In this document: positions 32,101-40,643 of the stretch, piece by piece
Position numbering within the stretch: the first letter of the stretch is position 1
Layout: the number at the start of each line of letters is the position of its first letter
Source: an uncultured Lachnospiraceae bacterium
Lineage (GTDB): Bacteria; Bacillota; Clostridia; Lachnospirales; Lachnospiraceae
DNA length: 64,000 bases
Direction of reading: 5' to 3'
NCBI GenBank assembly: GCA_910586615.1
Contig: CAJUJP010000002.1
Span: 57,213 to 121,212 of the forward strand
The notes under the pieces: generated by a model
The model's input: the letters and a program-made list of their open reading frames with translations, nothing else
Databases searched by the model: none
What the model was told of the DNA's origin: nothing
Program-made: the position numbers and the translations under genes

Positions 32101-32732
32101 GCAGCGGGTTTAAGATTGCCATGCGGGATCTTGAAATCCGGGGTGCGGGAAATCTGCTTGGAGCCAGACAGCACGGGCATATGCAGGCGGTGGGATACGA
32201 CCTGTACTGCAAGATGCTGAACGAGGCCGTGAAAACCCGGAAGGGCATTTCAACCATAGAAGATTTTAACACCAGTATCGACCTGGAAGCGGATGCCTAT
32301 ATTCCGCCCTCTTATATTGTCAATGAGGTGCAGAAGCTGGATATTTACAAGCGCATTGCAGGCATCGAGAATGAAAAAGAGTGCGAGGATATGCGAGAAG
32401 AACTGCTGGATCGTTTCGGCGGGATTCCCAAGTCGGCGGAGAACCTGCTGCGCATTGCACTGATCCGGGCCCACGCCCACAGGCTGTACATGCCGGAGAT
32501 AAAGGGAAAGGATGAAATGATCCGTTTCCTGCTCAGAATGGACGCGCCCATCAGGGTGGAAAACATTCCCCGTCTGCTGCAGGCTTATGAGGGCAGGATG
32601 ACCTTTGACCCCAAAGGGACACCCATGTTCCGCCTGCGCTACCGGAAGTGCGGGGTCATTGAGAAGGACGAGGAGATGCTTCTGGCATTGACGGAGGCGG
32701 CGCTGATGGATATGGAGGAATTGCTGCTGTAA
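29169..32732 (+). CDS. mfd: Transcription-repair coupling factor
   Basis: GDYVVH..HG CarD/RID domain, GDVGYGKT, DEEQRFG, TATPIPRT, QLRGRVGR. Confidence 0.98.
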   Translation: MRALLAPLEELGEYEEIKKMLVKEQASVALSGCVDSQKLHMIYGLGEQFRYKVIVTFNDLRAKELYEDYKFYDRNVMLYPAKDLIFFQADIHGNQLTMERIRCLRRLMEGRPVTVITTYDALMTPQAPLEAWKNHVISLDKRSTVEENELAVRLVELGYEKNYQVEAPGQFSIRGGIIDIFDLTEENPYRIELWGEDVESIRSFDILSQRSIEQLESVTIYPATELILSEKELQQGINKIQKECTAYAAGLRKEMKTEEAHRIETQVRELTEQLLELGLSRNAVNLESYVKYFYSEVSTFLDCLEGNPGQAGRQGRSCVFIEEPLRVREHASAVEMEFRESMMHRVEKGYILPGQMDILYSAEETAARIARGRVVTLSMMDGKNPLFKSDRKFDIQTRSMSSYNNSFEALVKDLSSYKKRGCRILLLSGSRTRAKRLAEDLQEQGISAFYSEDPMREVQPGEVMTFYGRVLKGFEYPLLKFMVISESDIFGAEKKKKKKKKLYQGQKINDFNELKVGDYVVHESHGLGVYQGIEKVEVDKIVKDYMKISYRDGGILYVLATGLDVIQKYASADSGSKPKLNKLGTQEWNKTKSKVRTAVDEVAQDLVELYAVRQQSQGFKYGADTVWQREFEEMFPFEETEDQISAITATKEDMESTKIMDRLICGDVGYGKTEIAIRAAFKAVQEGKQVVYLVPTTILAQQHYNTFVQRMKDFPVRVDLLSRFRTAAEQKKTVTDLKKGMVDIVIGTHRVLSADVQYKDLGLLIIDEEQRFGVTHKEKIKKLKENIDVLTLTATPIPRTLHMSLIGIRDMSVLEEAPGDRQPIQTFVCEYNEELVREAIVRELSREGQVYYVYNRVNNIADVSAAIQKLVPEANVAFAHGQMKESELERIMYDFIDGEIDVLVSTTIIETGLDISNVNTMIIHDSDQMGLSQLYQLRGRVGRSNRTAYAFLMYKRDKMLKEVAEKRLAAIKEFTDLGSGFKIAMRDLEIRGAGNLLGARQHGHMQAVGYDLYCKMLNEAVKTRKGISTIEDFNTSIDLEADAYIPPSYIVNEVQKLDIYKRIAGIENEKECEDMREELLDRFGGIPKSAENLLRIALIRAHAHRLYMPEIKGKDEMIRFLLRMDAPIRVENIPRLLQAYEGRMTFDPKGTPMFRLRYRKCGVIEKDEEMLLALTEAALMDMEELLL

Positions 32733-32884
32733 GGTGATGCGCAGCAGAAACTGTATCAGAAATACAGAAAAGCTGCCATAGAGTGCGTGCGGCAGAAACG
32801 GCATCAAGAGTTACATTTTACAGACTTTGGCATTGGTGACATGTGCCATTGCAGGAAACGTGTCCCTACATGGAAAGGATTCAT

Positions 32885-34042
32885 ATGATTTACCTGGATA
32901 ACGCGGCGACCACAAGAACGGTACCCGAAGCAGTAGAGGCCATGCTGCCTTATTTTACGGAATATTATGGAAATGCGGGGAGCATTTACAGGCTGGGAAG
33001 CGAGAGCAGGAAAGCAGTCATTCAGGCAAAAGAGACCATTGCAGCAACCCTTGGCGCAGAACCCAATGAGATCTATTTTACTTCCGGCGGAACGGAGTCG
33101 GATAACTGGGCGTTGAAAGCGGTTTACGAGGCGTACCGGGAGAAAGGGAAGCACATCATTACTTCCAGCATCGAGCATCATGCGGTTCTGCACAGTTGCG
33201 AGTATCTGAAAAGACAGGGGGCGGAAATCACTTATCTGGATGTGGATGCGGACGGCCTGATAAGCGTGGAACAATTGAAACGGGCCATACGGCCGGACAC
33301 GATTCTGATTTCAATCATGTATGCCAACAATGAAATCGGAACGATCCAGCCTGTCCGGGAAGTTGGTGAGATTGCGGCCGCTCATGACATTCTTTTTCAT
33401 ACGGATGCCGTGCAGGTTTATGGGCAGTTTCCCGTTGATGTGGAGCAATGCCATATTGACCTGCTTTCTGCCAGCGGGCATAAGTTCGGAGGCCCGAAAG
33501 GTGCGGGATTTCTTTATGTCAGCAAAAAGGCGAAAATTCGTTCGTTTCTACACGGCGGGCAGCAGGAAAGAGGCAGACGGGCCGGGACGGAGAATGTGCC
33601 CGGAATCGTCGGGATGGAAGCGGCGGTGAAGCGGGCGTATGATACGGCGGACGGGAAGCCGGCTGCCGGAAAGCTGGAACGGGTAAAAATGCTGCGGGAT
33701 TATTTGATTTCACGAATTGAGCAGGAAATACCTGGGGCTAAGCTGAACGGACACCGCACAAAGCGCCTGCCCGGGAACGTGAATTTCAGCTTTGAAGACG
33801 TGCAGGGGGAGTCTGCACTGATTATGCTGGATATGAAAGGGATCTGTGCCTCAAGCGGCTCGGCGTGCACCTCCGGTTCTCTGGAACCGTCCCATGTGCT
33901 TCTGGCGGCCGGCCAGCCGCCGGAACTGGCGAGAGGATCTTTGCGCATGACGCTGGGTGAGGAGAATACCATGGAAGAGATGGATACAGTGGTTGAGGCA
34001 CTCAAGGAGATTGTTGAGAGGATCAGGGTGTGCAGGTTGTAG
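32885..34042 (+). CDS. Cysteine desulfurase (NifS/IscS type)
   Basis: IYLDNAATT, TSGGTE, SGHKFGGPKG PLP lysine, SSGSACTS catalytic Cys. Confidence 0.95.
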   Translation: MIYLDNAATTRTVPEAVEAMLPYFTEYYGNAGSIYRLGSESRKAVIQAKETIAATLGAEPNEIYFTSGGTESDNWALKAVYEAYREKGKHIITSSIEHHAVLHSCEYLKRQGAEITYLDVDADGLISVEQLKRAIRPDTILISIMYANNEIGTIQPVREVGEIAAAHDILFHTDAVQVYGQFPVDVEQCHIDLLSASGHKFGGPKGAGFLYVSKKAKIRSFLHGGQQERGRRAGTENVPGIVGMEAAVKRAYDTADGKPAAGKLERVKMLRDYLISRIEQEIPGAKLNGHRTKRLPGNVNFSFEDVQGESALIMLDMKGICASSGSACTSGSLEPSHVLLAAGQPPELARGSLRMTLGEENTMEEMDTVVEALKEIVERIRVCRL

Positions 34043-34169
34043 GGGACAGACTATTTGTAAAATGTATTCTGCAAGCTTAAACAGGATGGTGGAGAATGAA
34101 ATTCTTGCTGAAATATTTAATGGAGTCCAGAATATCGGACTCTATTTTTTGTATCCTTATATCAGATTA

Positions 34170-34181
34170 GAACAAAAGTTC
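34170..34181. promoter_or_regulatory. Putative LexA (SOS) box
   Basis: GAAC-AAAA-GTTC 30 nt upstream of the small ORF start codon. Confidence 0.6.
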
Positions 34182-34211
34182 GAGAAATATTTGATAAAGG
34201 AGGCAAAAGCT

Positions 34212-34313
34212 ATGAAAGGTTACACGGTAGAAAGCGGTTACATGGGATATGTCAACGGAGAGTACATGCTCTTTGCCAGCGAGATGGATTACGAAGACTA
34301 CATGGAGAAATGA
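34212..34313 (+). CDS. 33-aa small hypothetical protein
   Basis: MKGYTVESGYMGYVNGEYMLFASEMDYEDYMEK with strong AAAGGAGG RBS. Confidence 0.75.
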   Translation: MKGYTVESGYMGYVNGEYMLFASEMDYEDYMEK

Positions 34314-34482
34314 TAAAGAATACAATAAAATGCAAAAAAGACCGCGCTGCATATTGCCCCGGACTCTCTGTTTACAGTACAATAAAACAGTATGTGCAAT
34401 GTGATAAAGCCATATTGCTTAAGACAACAGAAGTTTTATGACAGTTTATGCCGCTGATTGTGCGGCGGAATGGAGACTTACG

Positions 34483-35646
34483 ATGAAAAAACGGATTACG
34501 GTCTGGCTCTTTGCGGCGGTCGTGGCAGTCACGGTTATAGGATGCGGCAGAAATGCAGGAGTTAACTCTGAGGCAAATAAGTTTGTGAAAAGCATGAAAA
34601 TCGGGTGGAATCTTGGCAATACTTTTGATGCACATTCGGAGCAGAATAAATCGGATGAAATGGCTTATGAGTCTGAATGGTGCGGGATCGTTACCACCAG
34701 GGAGATGATTGATGCCGTCAAGGCGGCGGGTTTCCAGACAATACGGATTCCGGTGTCGTGGCACAACCATGTGTCATCGGATGACAGTTACACAATCAGC
34801 GAGACATGGCTGAACCGCGTACAGGAAGCAGTTGACTATGGGATTGCCAATGAAATGCATGTGATCCTCAATATACATCATGATAACGGGACTGGTTATG
34901 TGTATCCGGCATCGGAGTATATGGAGCAGTCAAAAGCATATGTTAAGGCGGTGTGGTCGCAGATAGCAGAGCGGTTTGCCGATTATGACGAGCATCTGAT
35001 TCTGGAAGGTTTAAATGAACCCCGTCTTGTGGGCACGAGTAATGAGTGGTGGCTTGATCTGGGCAGGCAGGAGTGCGTGGATGCAGTAGGATGCATCAAT
35101 GAACTGAACCAGATATTTGTTGATACGGTGCGGGCATCCGGCGGAAATAACCAAAAGCGTTATCTGCTTGTACCGGGGTATGCGGCATCGCTGCAGGGAG
35201 CAACGAATGAATATTTTGAACTTCCTGAGGATGTCAAAGGAAATAAGAACAGGATTCTGGTTGAGGTACACGGTTATACGCCTTACAGCTTTGCACTGCA
35301 GGCACCCGGTGAAAACGGCAGTACCGATCAGTGGAACATTGGTGATGCTGCATCCACTGCGGATATTGACAATATGATGAATACACTGTTTGAAAAGTAC
35401 GTACAGAACGGTATCGGTGTGGTGATCGATGAATTTGGGGCAAGGGATAAGAACGGAAATATCCAGGCAAGAACGGATTTTGCGGCTTATTATGTATCTG
35501 CCGCCGCAAAGAAGGGCATTACCTGCTGCTGGTGGGACAATAATTCTTTTTCGGGAGGCGGAGAGAACTTTGGTATCTTCCACAGGGCATCCTGTGAGTT
35601 CCTGTATCCTGAACTGGTGGAAGGCATGATGAAGGCCTGCGAATAG
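34483..35646 (+). CDS. Glycoside hydrolase family 5 (endoglucanase-like) lipoprotein
   Basis: GWNLGNTFD, IRIPVSW, LNEP acid/base, IDEFG nucleophile, WWDN; VIGC lipobox. Confidence 0.92.
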   Translation: MKKRITVWLFAAVVAVTVIGCGRNAGVNSEANKFVKSMKIGWNLGNTFDAHSEQNKSDEMAYESEWCGIVTTREMIDAVKAAGFQTIRIPVSWHNHVSSDDSYTISETWLNRVQEAVDYGIANEMHVILNIHHDNGTGYVYPASEYMEQSKAYVKAVWSQIAERFADYDEHLILEGLNEPRLVGTSNEWWLDLGRQECVDAVGCINELNQIFVDTVRASGGNNQKRYLLVPGYAASLQGATNEYFELPEDVKGNKNRILVEVHGYTPYSFALQAPGENGSTDQWNIGDAASTADIDNMMNTLFEKYVQNGIGVVIDEFGARDKNGNIQARTDFAAYYVSAAAKKGITCCWWDNNSFSGGGENFGIFHRASCEFLYPELVEGMMKACE

Positions 35647-35794
35647 ATCACGGGCATATATGGTGAAAATCCGGTAGGGATTTGACAGGAAACTGCCGGT
35701 TGTGTATGTGCAGGGCATTTTTTACACAGTGCATGGCAGAAACATAATTGCCAAATGATGGGCATAGGTATATGATAGTAATTGTTTGACTTAA

Positions 35795-36595
35795 TTGATA
35801 ATATACAGAAAGCATACGGAGAGACCGGTGGTTAAGAAAATTGATTCGATTACAGTAAATTATATAGATGAGGGTGAGGGAGACGTGGTACTTCTTCTGC
35901 ACGGCTGGGGAGCGAATATTACGCTGTATGCAGGCGTGATCAAGATTCTCTCGCAGACGCATAGAGTGATTGCTCTTGATATGCCCGGATTTGGCAGGAC
36001 TTCTGAACCGCCTGAGCCCTGGTGCGTGGATGATTATGTTGATTTTGTCATGAAGTTTATAGATTCCTTTGAACTGAAGAGATTCAGCGTGGTGGTACAT
36101 TCCTTTGGCGGCCGGGTATTTTTTAAGATGAATGCCAGAGAGAACCTTCCTTATATGATTGAACGGGCGGTACTGATGGATAGTGCGGGTATCCTGCCGA
36201 AGAAAAGTTTTAAGCAGAAGGTGAGTCTGCGGTGTTATAAGATCGGGCGGGCGGTTATGAGCACGAAAGTATTGCATTTTTTGTATCCCGATGCCGTGGA
36301 GGACATGAGACGCAAACGGGGATCAGCAGATTATAACAGTGCTACACCTACAATGCGCGCGACGCTTGTGAAGGTAGTGAACGAAGATCTGGAACCGCTT
36401 ATGCATCTGGTTCAGTGCCCTACCCTGTTGATCTGGGGCGATAAGGATACGGCCACACCGTTGTCTGATGCCAGAAGGATGGAAGAACTGATTCCGGATG
36501 CGGGACTTGTGATCTGTGAGGGAGCGGGACATTTTTCTTTTGCAGAGCAGGCTCCTAAGGTGCACGGTGCGCTGACGGCATTTTTCTCTTCGTAG
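35795..36595 (+). CDS. Alpha/beta-fold hydrolase
   Basis: LLHGWG, DMPGFG, HSFGG nucleophile elbow, WGDKD, AGH. Start uncertain (possibly GTG 35828). Confidence 0.9.
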   Translation: MIIYRKHTERPVVKKIDSITVNYIDEGEGDVVLLLHGWGANITLYAGVIKILSQTHRVIALDMPGFGRTSEPPEPWCVDDYVDFVMKFIDSFELKRFSVVVHSFGGRVFFKMNARENLPYMIERAVLMDSAGILPKKSFKQKVSLRCYKIGRAVMSTKVLHFLYPDAVEDMRRKRGSADYNSATPTMRATLVKVVNEDLEPLMHLVQCPTLLIWGDKDTATPLSDARRMEELIPDAGLVICEGAGHFSFAEQAPKVHGALTAFFSS

Positions 36596-36632
36596 AACCG
36601 GAAACAAATATAAGAATGAATAGGAAGTCAAC

Positions 36633-38207
36633 ATGAATATTGTCGTGACGAGCATATGGTTTCTCACGTTTCTGGTGGGTGCCGTCTGGTATGAATTATA
36701 TATTGTGCATATGTTCCAGCAGAATTCTTATAAACCGAGAGAATATATGGAATGGATGCAGGTACACAGCAATGTGGGAAGGCTGCTTGGGAAGAGTCTG
36801 TATGCAATAGCAGTGATTCCGCTTGTGCTGACAGGCAGTACAGGCTGTCTGACTGCGGCTTGTGTTATGAATGCGATGACTATATTAGTCAACAAACCCC
36901 GCAAGGCCAAAAAGCCGCTTGTCTATACGAAGCGTGTACAGCGGATGCTGGTTACTACGGTATTGCTGTATACGGCCGGGATTTTGATATCCCTTGCGGC
37001 GGGAGGAGAAGAATACAGGCTTCGGATCTGTGAAGCGGTTTTGGCAGGAATGTTTCTCTTACAGCCCTTTCTCATTCTTCTGGTAAATTGGATTAACCAT
37101 CCGGTGGAAAAGGCGGTTGACCGTTATTATATCAACGATGCCGCCAGGATCCTGCATGAAATGCCGGATTTGAAGGTGATCGGTGTGACCGGAAGCTACG
37201 GGAAGACCAGTGTGAAGTATTTTCTGAACACGTTATTGTCCGTACAGTATAATGTACTGCATACGCCGGGAAACTATAATACGACACTGGGAGTTGTGAG
37301 AACTGTCAGGGAACAGATGAAGCCTTTTCATGAGATTTTTATCTGTGAGATGGGAGCCAGGGAAGTGGGCGATATCAAAGAGATCTGCGATCTGGTACAT
37401 CCTGATTACGGAATTATCACTTCCATCGGGCCTCAGCACTTGCAGAGCTTCCATACCATTGAGAACATCATCGGTACGAAGTTCGAACTGGCGGATGCAG
37501 TGCCGTCAGCGGGCAGTGTATTTCTGAATTACGATAATGAGTATATCCGTGCACATAAGACGGATAAAAATGTCGTAAGCTATGGTACAGCAGGCGAGGA
37601 TGTTATGTATCGGGCTTATGATATAACGGTGTCACCCAGAGGATCAGCCTTTAAAATGAAGGATCGAAACGGGGATGAACATGAATTTCATACAAAGCTT
37701 GTGGGCAGCCATAATGTGCAGAACATTGCGGGAGCGATTGCCGTGGCACACACATTGGAGATATCCATGGAGAAGCTGCGCTATCCCGTGAAGCAGCTTG
37801 AGAGCGTTCCTCACCGGCTGCAGCTTGTCAGACAGGGAAACAGGATCCTGCTTGACGACAGTTACAATTCCAATAAGAACGGTTTTAAGGCGGCCCTTGA
37901 TACATTGGCCATGTTCCGTGAACTTCGCATTCTTATGACACCGGGCATGGTGGAACTGGGAGAAAAGCAGTACGCGGAGAACAAAGAGGCCGGTGTATAT
38001 GCGGCTGACAAGTGTGATTATGCCGTACTGGTGGGAAAAGAGCAGACAAAGCCCATTCAGGACGGACTGCTGGAAGCCGGATTTGCCGCAAACAGGATGA
38101 TCGTGGTAGACACACTGCAGGAGGCATTCCAGATGGTTAATGCGATTCCGGACGAAAAACAGAAGGTAGTGTTGATTGAAAATGACCTACCGGATAATTA
38201 TGCATAA
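36633..38207 (+). CDS. MurF-like Mur ligase with N-terminal membrane domain
   Basis: About four hydrophobic N-terminal segments, GVTGSYGKTS P-loop, EMGA, DDSYNSN, PGMVELG. Confidence 0.88.
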   Translation: MNIVVTSIWFLTFLVGAVWYELYIVHMFQQNSYKPREYMEWMQVHSNVGRLLGKSLYAIAVIPLVLTGSTGCLTAACVMNAMTILVNKPRKAKKPLVYTKRVQRMLVTTVLLYTAGILISLAAGGEEYRLRICEAVLAGMFLLQPFLILLVNWINHPVEKAVDRYYINDAARILHEMPDLKVIGVTGSYGKTSVKYFLNTLLSVQYNVLHTPGNYNTTLGVVRTVREQMKPFHEIFICEMGAREVGDIKEICDLVHPDYGIITSIGPQHLQSFHTIENIIGTKFELADAVPSAGSVFLNYDNEYIRAHKTDKNVVSYGTAGEDVMYRAYDITVSPRGSAFKMKDRNGDEHEFHTKLVGSHNVQNIAGAIAVAHTLEISMEKLRYPVKQLESVPHRLQLVRQGNRILLDDSYNSNKNGFKAALDTLAMFRELRILMTPGMVELGEKQYAENKEAGVYAADKCDYAVLVGKEQTKPIQDGLLEAGFAANRMIVVDTLQEAFQMVNAIPDEKQKVVLIENDLPDNYA

Positions 38208-38392
38208 AAGCGGCATGTGACTGGAATTCAAATCCAAAGAATATGTAAAGACGGTTGAAATCAAGGATTGGTATATTAAATAATATTTCTACATGCAAAT
38301 TTGTGCCGGAGCGTCACGAATTTGTCTCATGGCAGACGCAGTTTTGATATTTGCACCGGCCGACACATAAACGCTCTGGAATGGAGATTAGG

Positions 38393-39574
38393 ATGAAAAT
38401 TCGAGTAGGTGTATTTTTTGGTGGTAAGAGTGTGGAGCATGAGGTGTCTGTGATTTCCGGCCTGCAGGCATACAATTCTTTTAACAGAGACAAGTATGAT
38501 CCGGTGCCGGTTTATATCACAAAGGATAATGAACTTTATACGGGAGAAGCCATCGGAGATATCGCCAATTATAAGAATATTCCGGCGCTTCTGCATAAGA
38601 GTACAAGGGTATTCCTGATCTGCGACCAGGGACAGGTGCAGCTGATCCAGTATCCGGTAAAGAAGCTGGGCAGTTCAGTGGCGGCACAGATTGATGTGGC
38701 TTTTCCGGTGGTGCACGGTGCGAATGTGGAGGATGGTTCCATACAGGGATTTTTACGCCATTACAACATTCCTATGGCGGGTTGTGACGTGACTGCATCT
38801 GCTGTTACGATGGATAAATATGTGGCCAAGACCGTATTGAAGGACAGCGGTGTGCCGGTACTGGACTGTGTGACATTGAATGCCCGTGAATATGAGAGGG
38901 ATGAGAAGGCTGCGTATGAGAAGATTGAAAGCCGCATTGCCTATCCGGTCATTGTAAAGCCTGTTAATCTCGGATCCAGCGTGGGGATCAAAGTGGCGAA
39001 AGATCAGGAAGCGCTGAGGGAGGCACTGGAATACGCATTTACTTTTGGATCCAGGGTATTGATCGAGCGTGCCATTATGAATCTGAGAGAGATCAATTGT
39101 GCGGTGCTGGGCGATTATGAGCAGGCACAGGCTTCCGAGTGTGAGGAACCTATATCCAGTGACGAGATCCTGAGCTATGAGGACAAATATGTGGCCGGCT
39201 CCAAAACAGGTTCCGAGGGAATGCGTACTGCAAAACGTGAGCTTCCGGCGGATTTGACGCCTCAGAAACGCGAGGAGATCCGGCAGATGGCGGTCAGAAC
39301 TTTTCAGGCTTTAAACTGCAGCGGCGTATCCAGAATTGATTTTATGATTGATCGTGACACAGATCAGGTATATGTCAACGAGATCAACCCCATCCCCGGT
39401 TCCCTGGCCTTTTACCTGTGGGAGGCATTGGATAAGCCTTATGCGGAACTTTTGGATGATATGGTGAACCTGGCGCTTAAGAGGGAACGGGAAGAGAAGA
39501 GTATGATGACCTCTTTTGACAGCAATATTTTGCAGAATGCAAATCTGTCAGGTGCAAAGGGAGTTAAGAAATAA
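38393..39574 (+). CDS. ddl: D-alanine--D-alanine ligase family protein
   Basis: FGGKSVEHEVS, HG..EDG, GSSVG, SYEDKY, RIDF, NEINPIPG. Confidence 0.88.
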   Translation: MKIRVGVFFGGKSVEHEVSVISGLQAYNSFNRDKYDPVPVYITKDNELYTGEAIGDIANYKNIPALLHKSTRVFLICDQGQVQLIQYPVKKLGSSVAAQIDVAFPVVHGANVEDGSIQGFLRHYNIPMAGCDVTASAVTMDKYVAKTVLKDSGVPVLDCVTLNAREYERDEKAAYEKIESRIAYPVIVKPVNLGSSVGIKVAKDQEALREALEYAFTFGSRVLIERAIMNLREINCAVLGDYEQAQASECEEPISSDEILSYEDKYVAGSKTGSEGMRTAKRELPADLTPQKREEIRQMAVRTFQALNCSGVSRIDFMIDRDTDQVYVNEINPIPGSLAFYLWEALDKPYAELLDDMVNLALKREREEKSMMTSFDSNILQNANLSGAKGVKK

Positions 39575-39707
39575 GAGTCAGAAAAGCAACAACAGAAACA
39601 GATAGAAAGTAAAAGCGGGCATTAGAAAACAAAAAACAGAAAGCAAAAGCAAGAGTAAGAAGGAAAACAGAAAACAGAAACCGGCCATTTAAATTCCATA
39701 TTTACAT

Positions 39708-39736
39708 GCATATAATTTCCACTGTTACAAATAATA
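39708..39736 (+). promoter_or_regulatory. Possible sigG/sigF-type promoter of spoVT
   Basis: GCATA-17 nt-AATAATA resembles the forespore sigma consensus. Confidence 0.4.
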
Positions 39737-39808
39737 GTAAAAACATAAAGGTTAATAAAACTATTACGCGGTAAGGCAGCCGCGATTTGCAGATGGAGGT
39801 TATATAAT

Positions 39809-40351
39809 ATGAAGGCAACAGGAATTGTTAGAAGAATAGATGATCTCGGACGTATTGTAATTCCCAAGGAGATCCGCAGGACACTCCGGATCAGGGAATC
39901 AGATCCGCTGGAAATATTTACCGACAGAGAAGGCGAGATCATACTGAAGAAGTATTCTCCCATTGGTGAGATGGGAACATTTGCGAAACAGTATGCCGAG
40001 AGTATGGCTCAGGTATCGGGGCATATTGCGATGATTTCTGACAGGGATCAGTTTATCGCAGTAGCCGGCGGTATGAAGAATATGCTGGGTAAATCGATCA
40101 GCAGAGAACTGGAAGAGAAGATCAACCACAGAGAGAGTGTGGTTGCGGCCAAGGGCGACCGCAATTTTATTCAAGTCAGCAATGATCAGGATGAATTTCA
40201 CCATGAGGCGATCAGTCCCATTATCTGTGAAGGTGATGTGATCGGTTCGGTGCTTCTGGTAGAGACAGACCATAAATCCAAGATGGGTGAGGTGGAGCAG
40301 AAACTGATCCAGTCTGCGGCAGGTTTTCTGGGAAGACAGATGGAACAGTAG
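39809..40351 (+). CDS. spoVT: Stage V sporulation protein T (AbrB domain plus GAF domain)
   Basis: MKATGIVRRIDDLGRIVIPKEIRRTLRIRE, C-terminal AAGFLGRQME. Confidence 0.96.
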   Translation: MKATGIVRRIDDLGRIVIPKEIRRTLRIRESDPLEIFTDREGEIILKKYSPIGEMGTFAKQYAESMAQVSGHIAMISDRDQFIAVAGGMKNMLGKSISRELEEKINHRESVVAAKGDRNFIQVSNDQDEFHHEAISPIICEGDVIGSVLLVETDHKSKMGEVEQKLIQSAAGFLGRQMEQ

Positions 40352-40580
40352 TTAAGCGCGGTATATGCTGTCAGGCAGTTTCAGCATATATTTCAGCATA
40401 TACAGGCTGGGGTGTCATGAAGAGGCAGGCATTTAGAGGCGATAAAAGGCGGGGCAGAACAGGAGTCTGACCTCGCCGTTTTACTGATATGCATAGAACG
40501 AGCGGCGGATCGCATTGCTTTTTTGTTTGAGGGTATGCTATACTAAGTCGATTGGAAAAAAGAGGAAACACTGAAAAATA

Positions 40581-40609
40581 TTGACAGAAAATCAGGCGGG
40601 AAGTATAAT
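40581..40609 (+). promoter_or_regulatory. Consensus sigmaA promoter of Opp-type operon
   Basis: TTGACA-17 nt-TATAAT. Confidence 0.85.
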
Positions 40610-40643
40610 CCCACATAAAAACTGATTAGTCTGAGGAGAGAGT

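Noticed and set aside
30243..32180. 645-aa minus-strand ORF
   Set aside because: Antisense shadow of mfd with no recognisable motifs.
38393..39574. Van-type glycopeptide resistance ligase
   Set aside because: No vanRS, vanH, vanX or vanT neighbours, and the omega loop keeps KY.
39575..39685. Strongly A-rich tract with agaaaac/agaaagc units after ddl
   Set aside because: Low-complexity sequence with no regular period or credible ORF.
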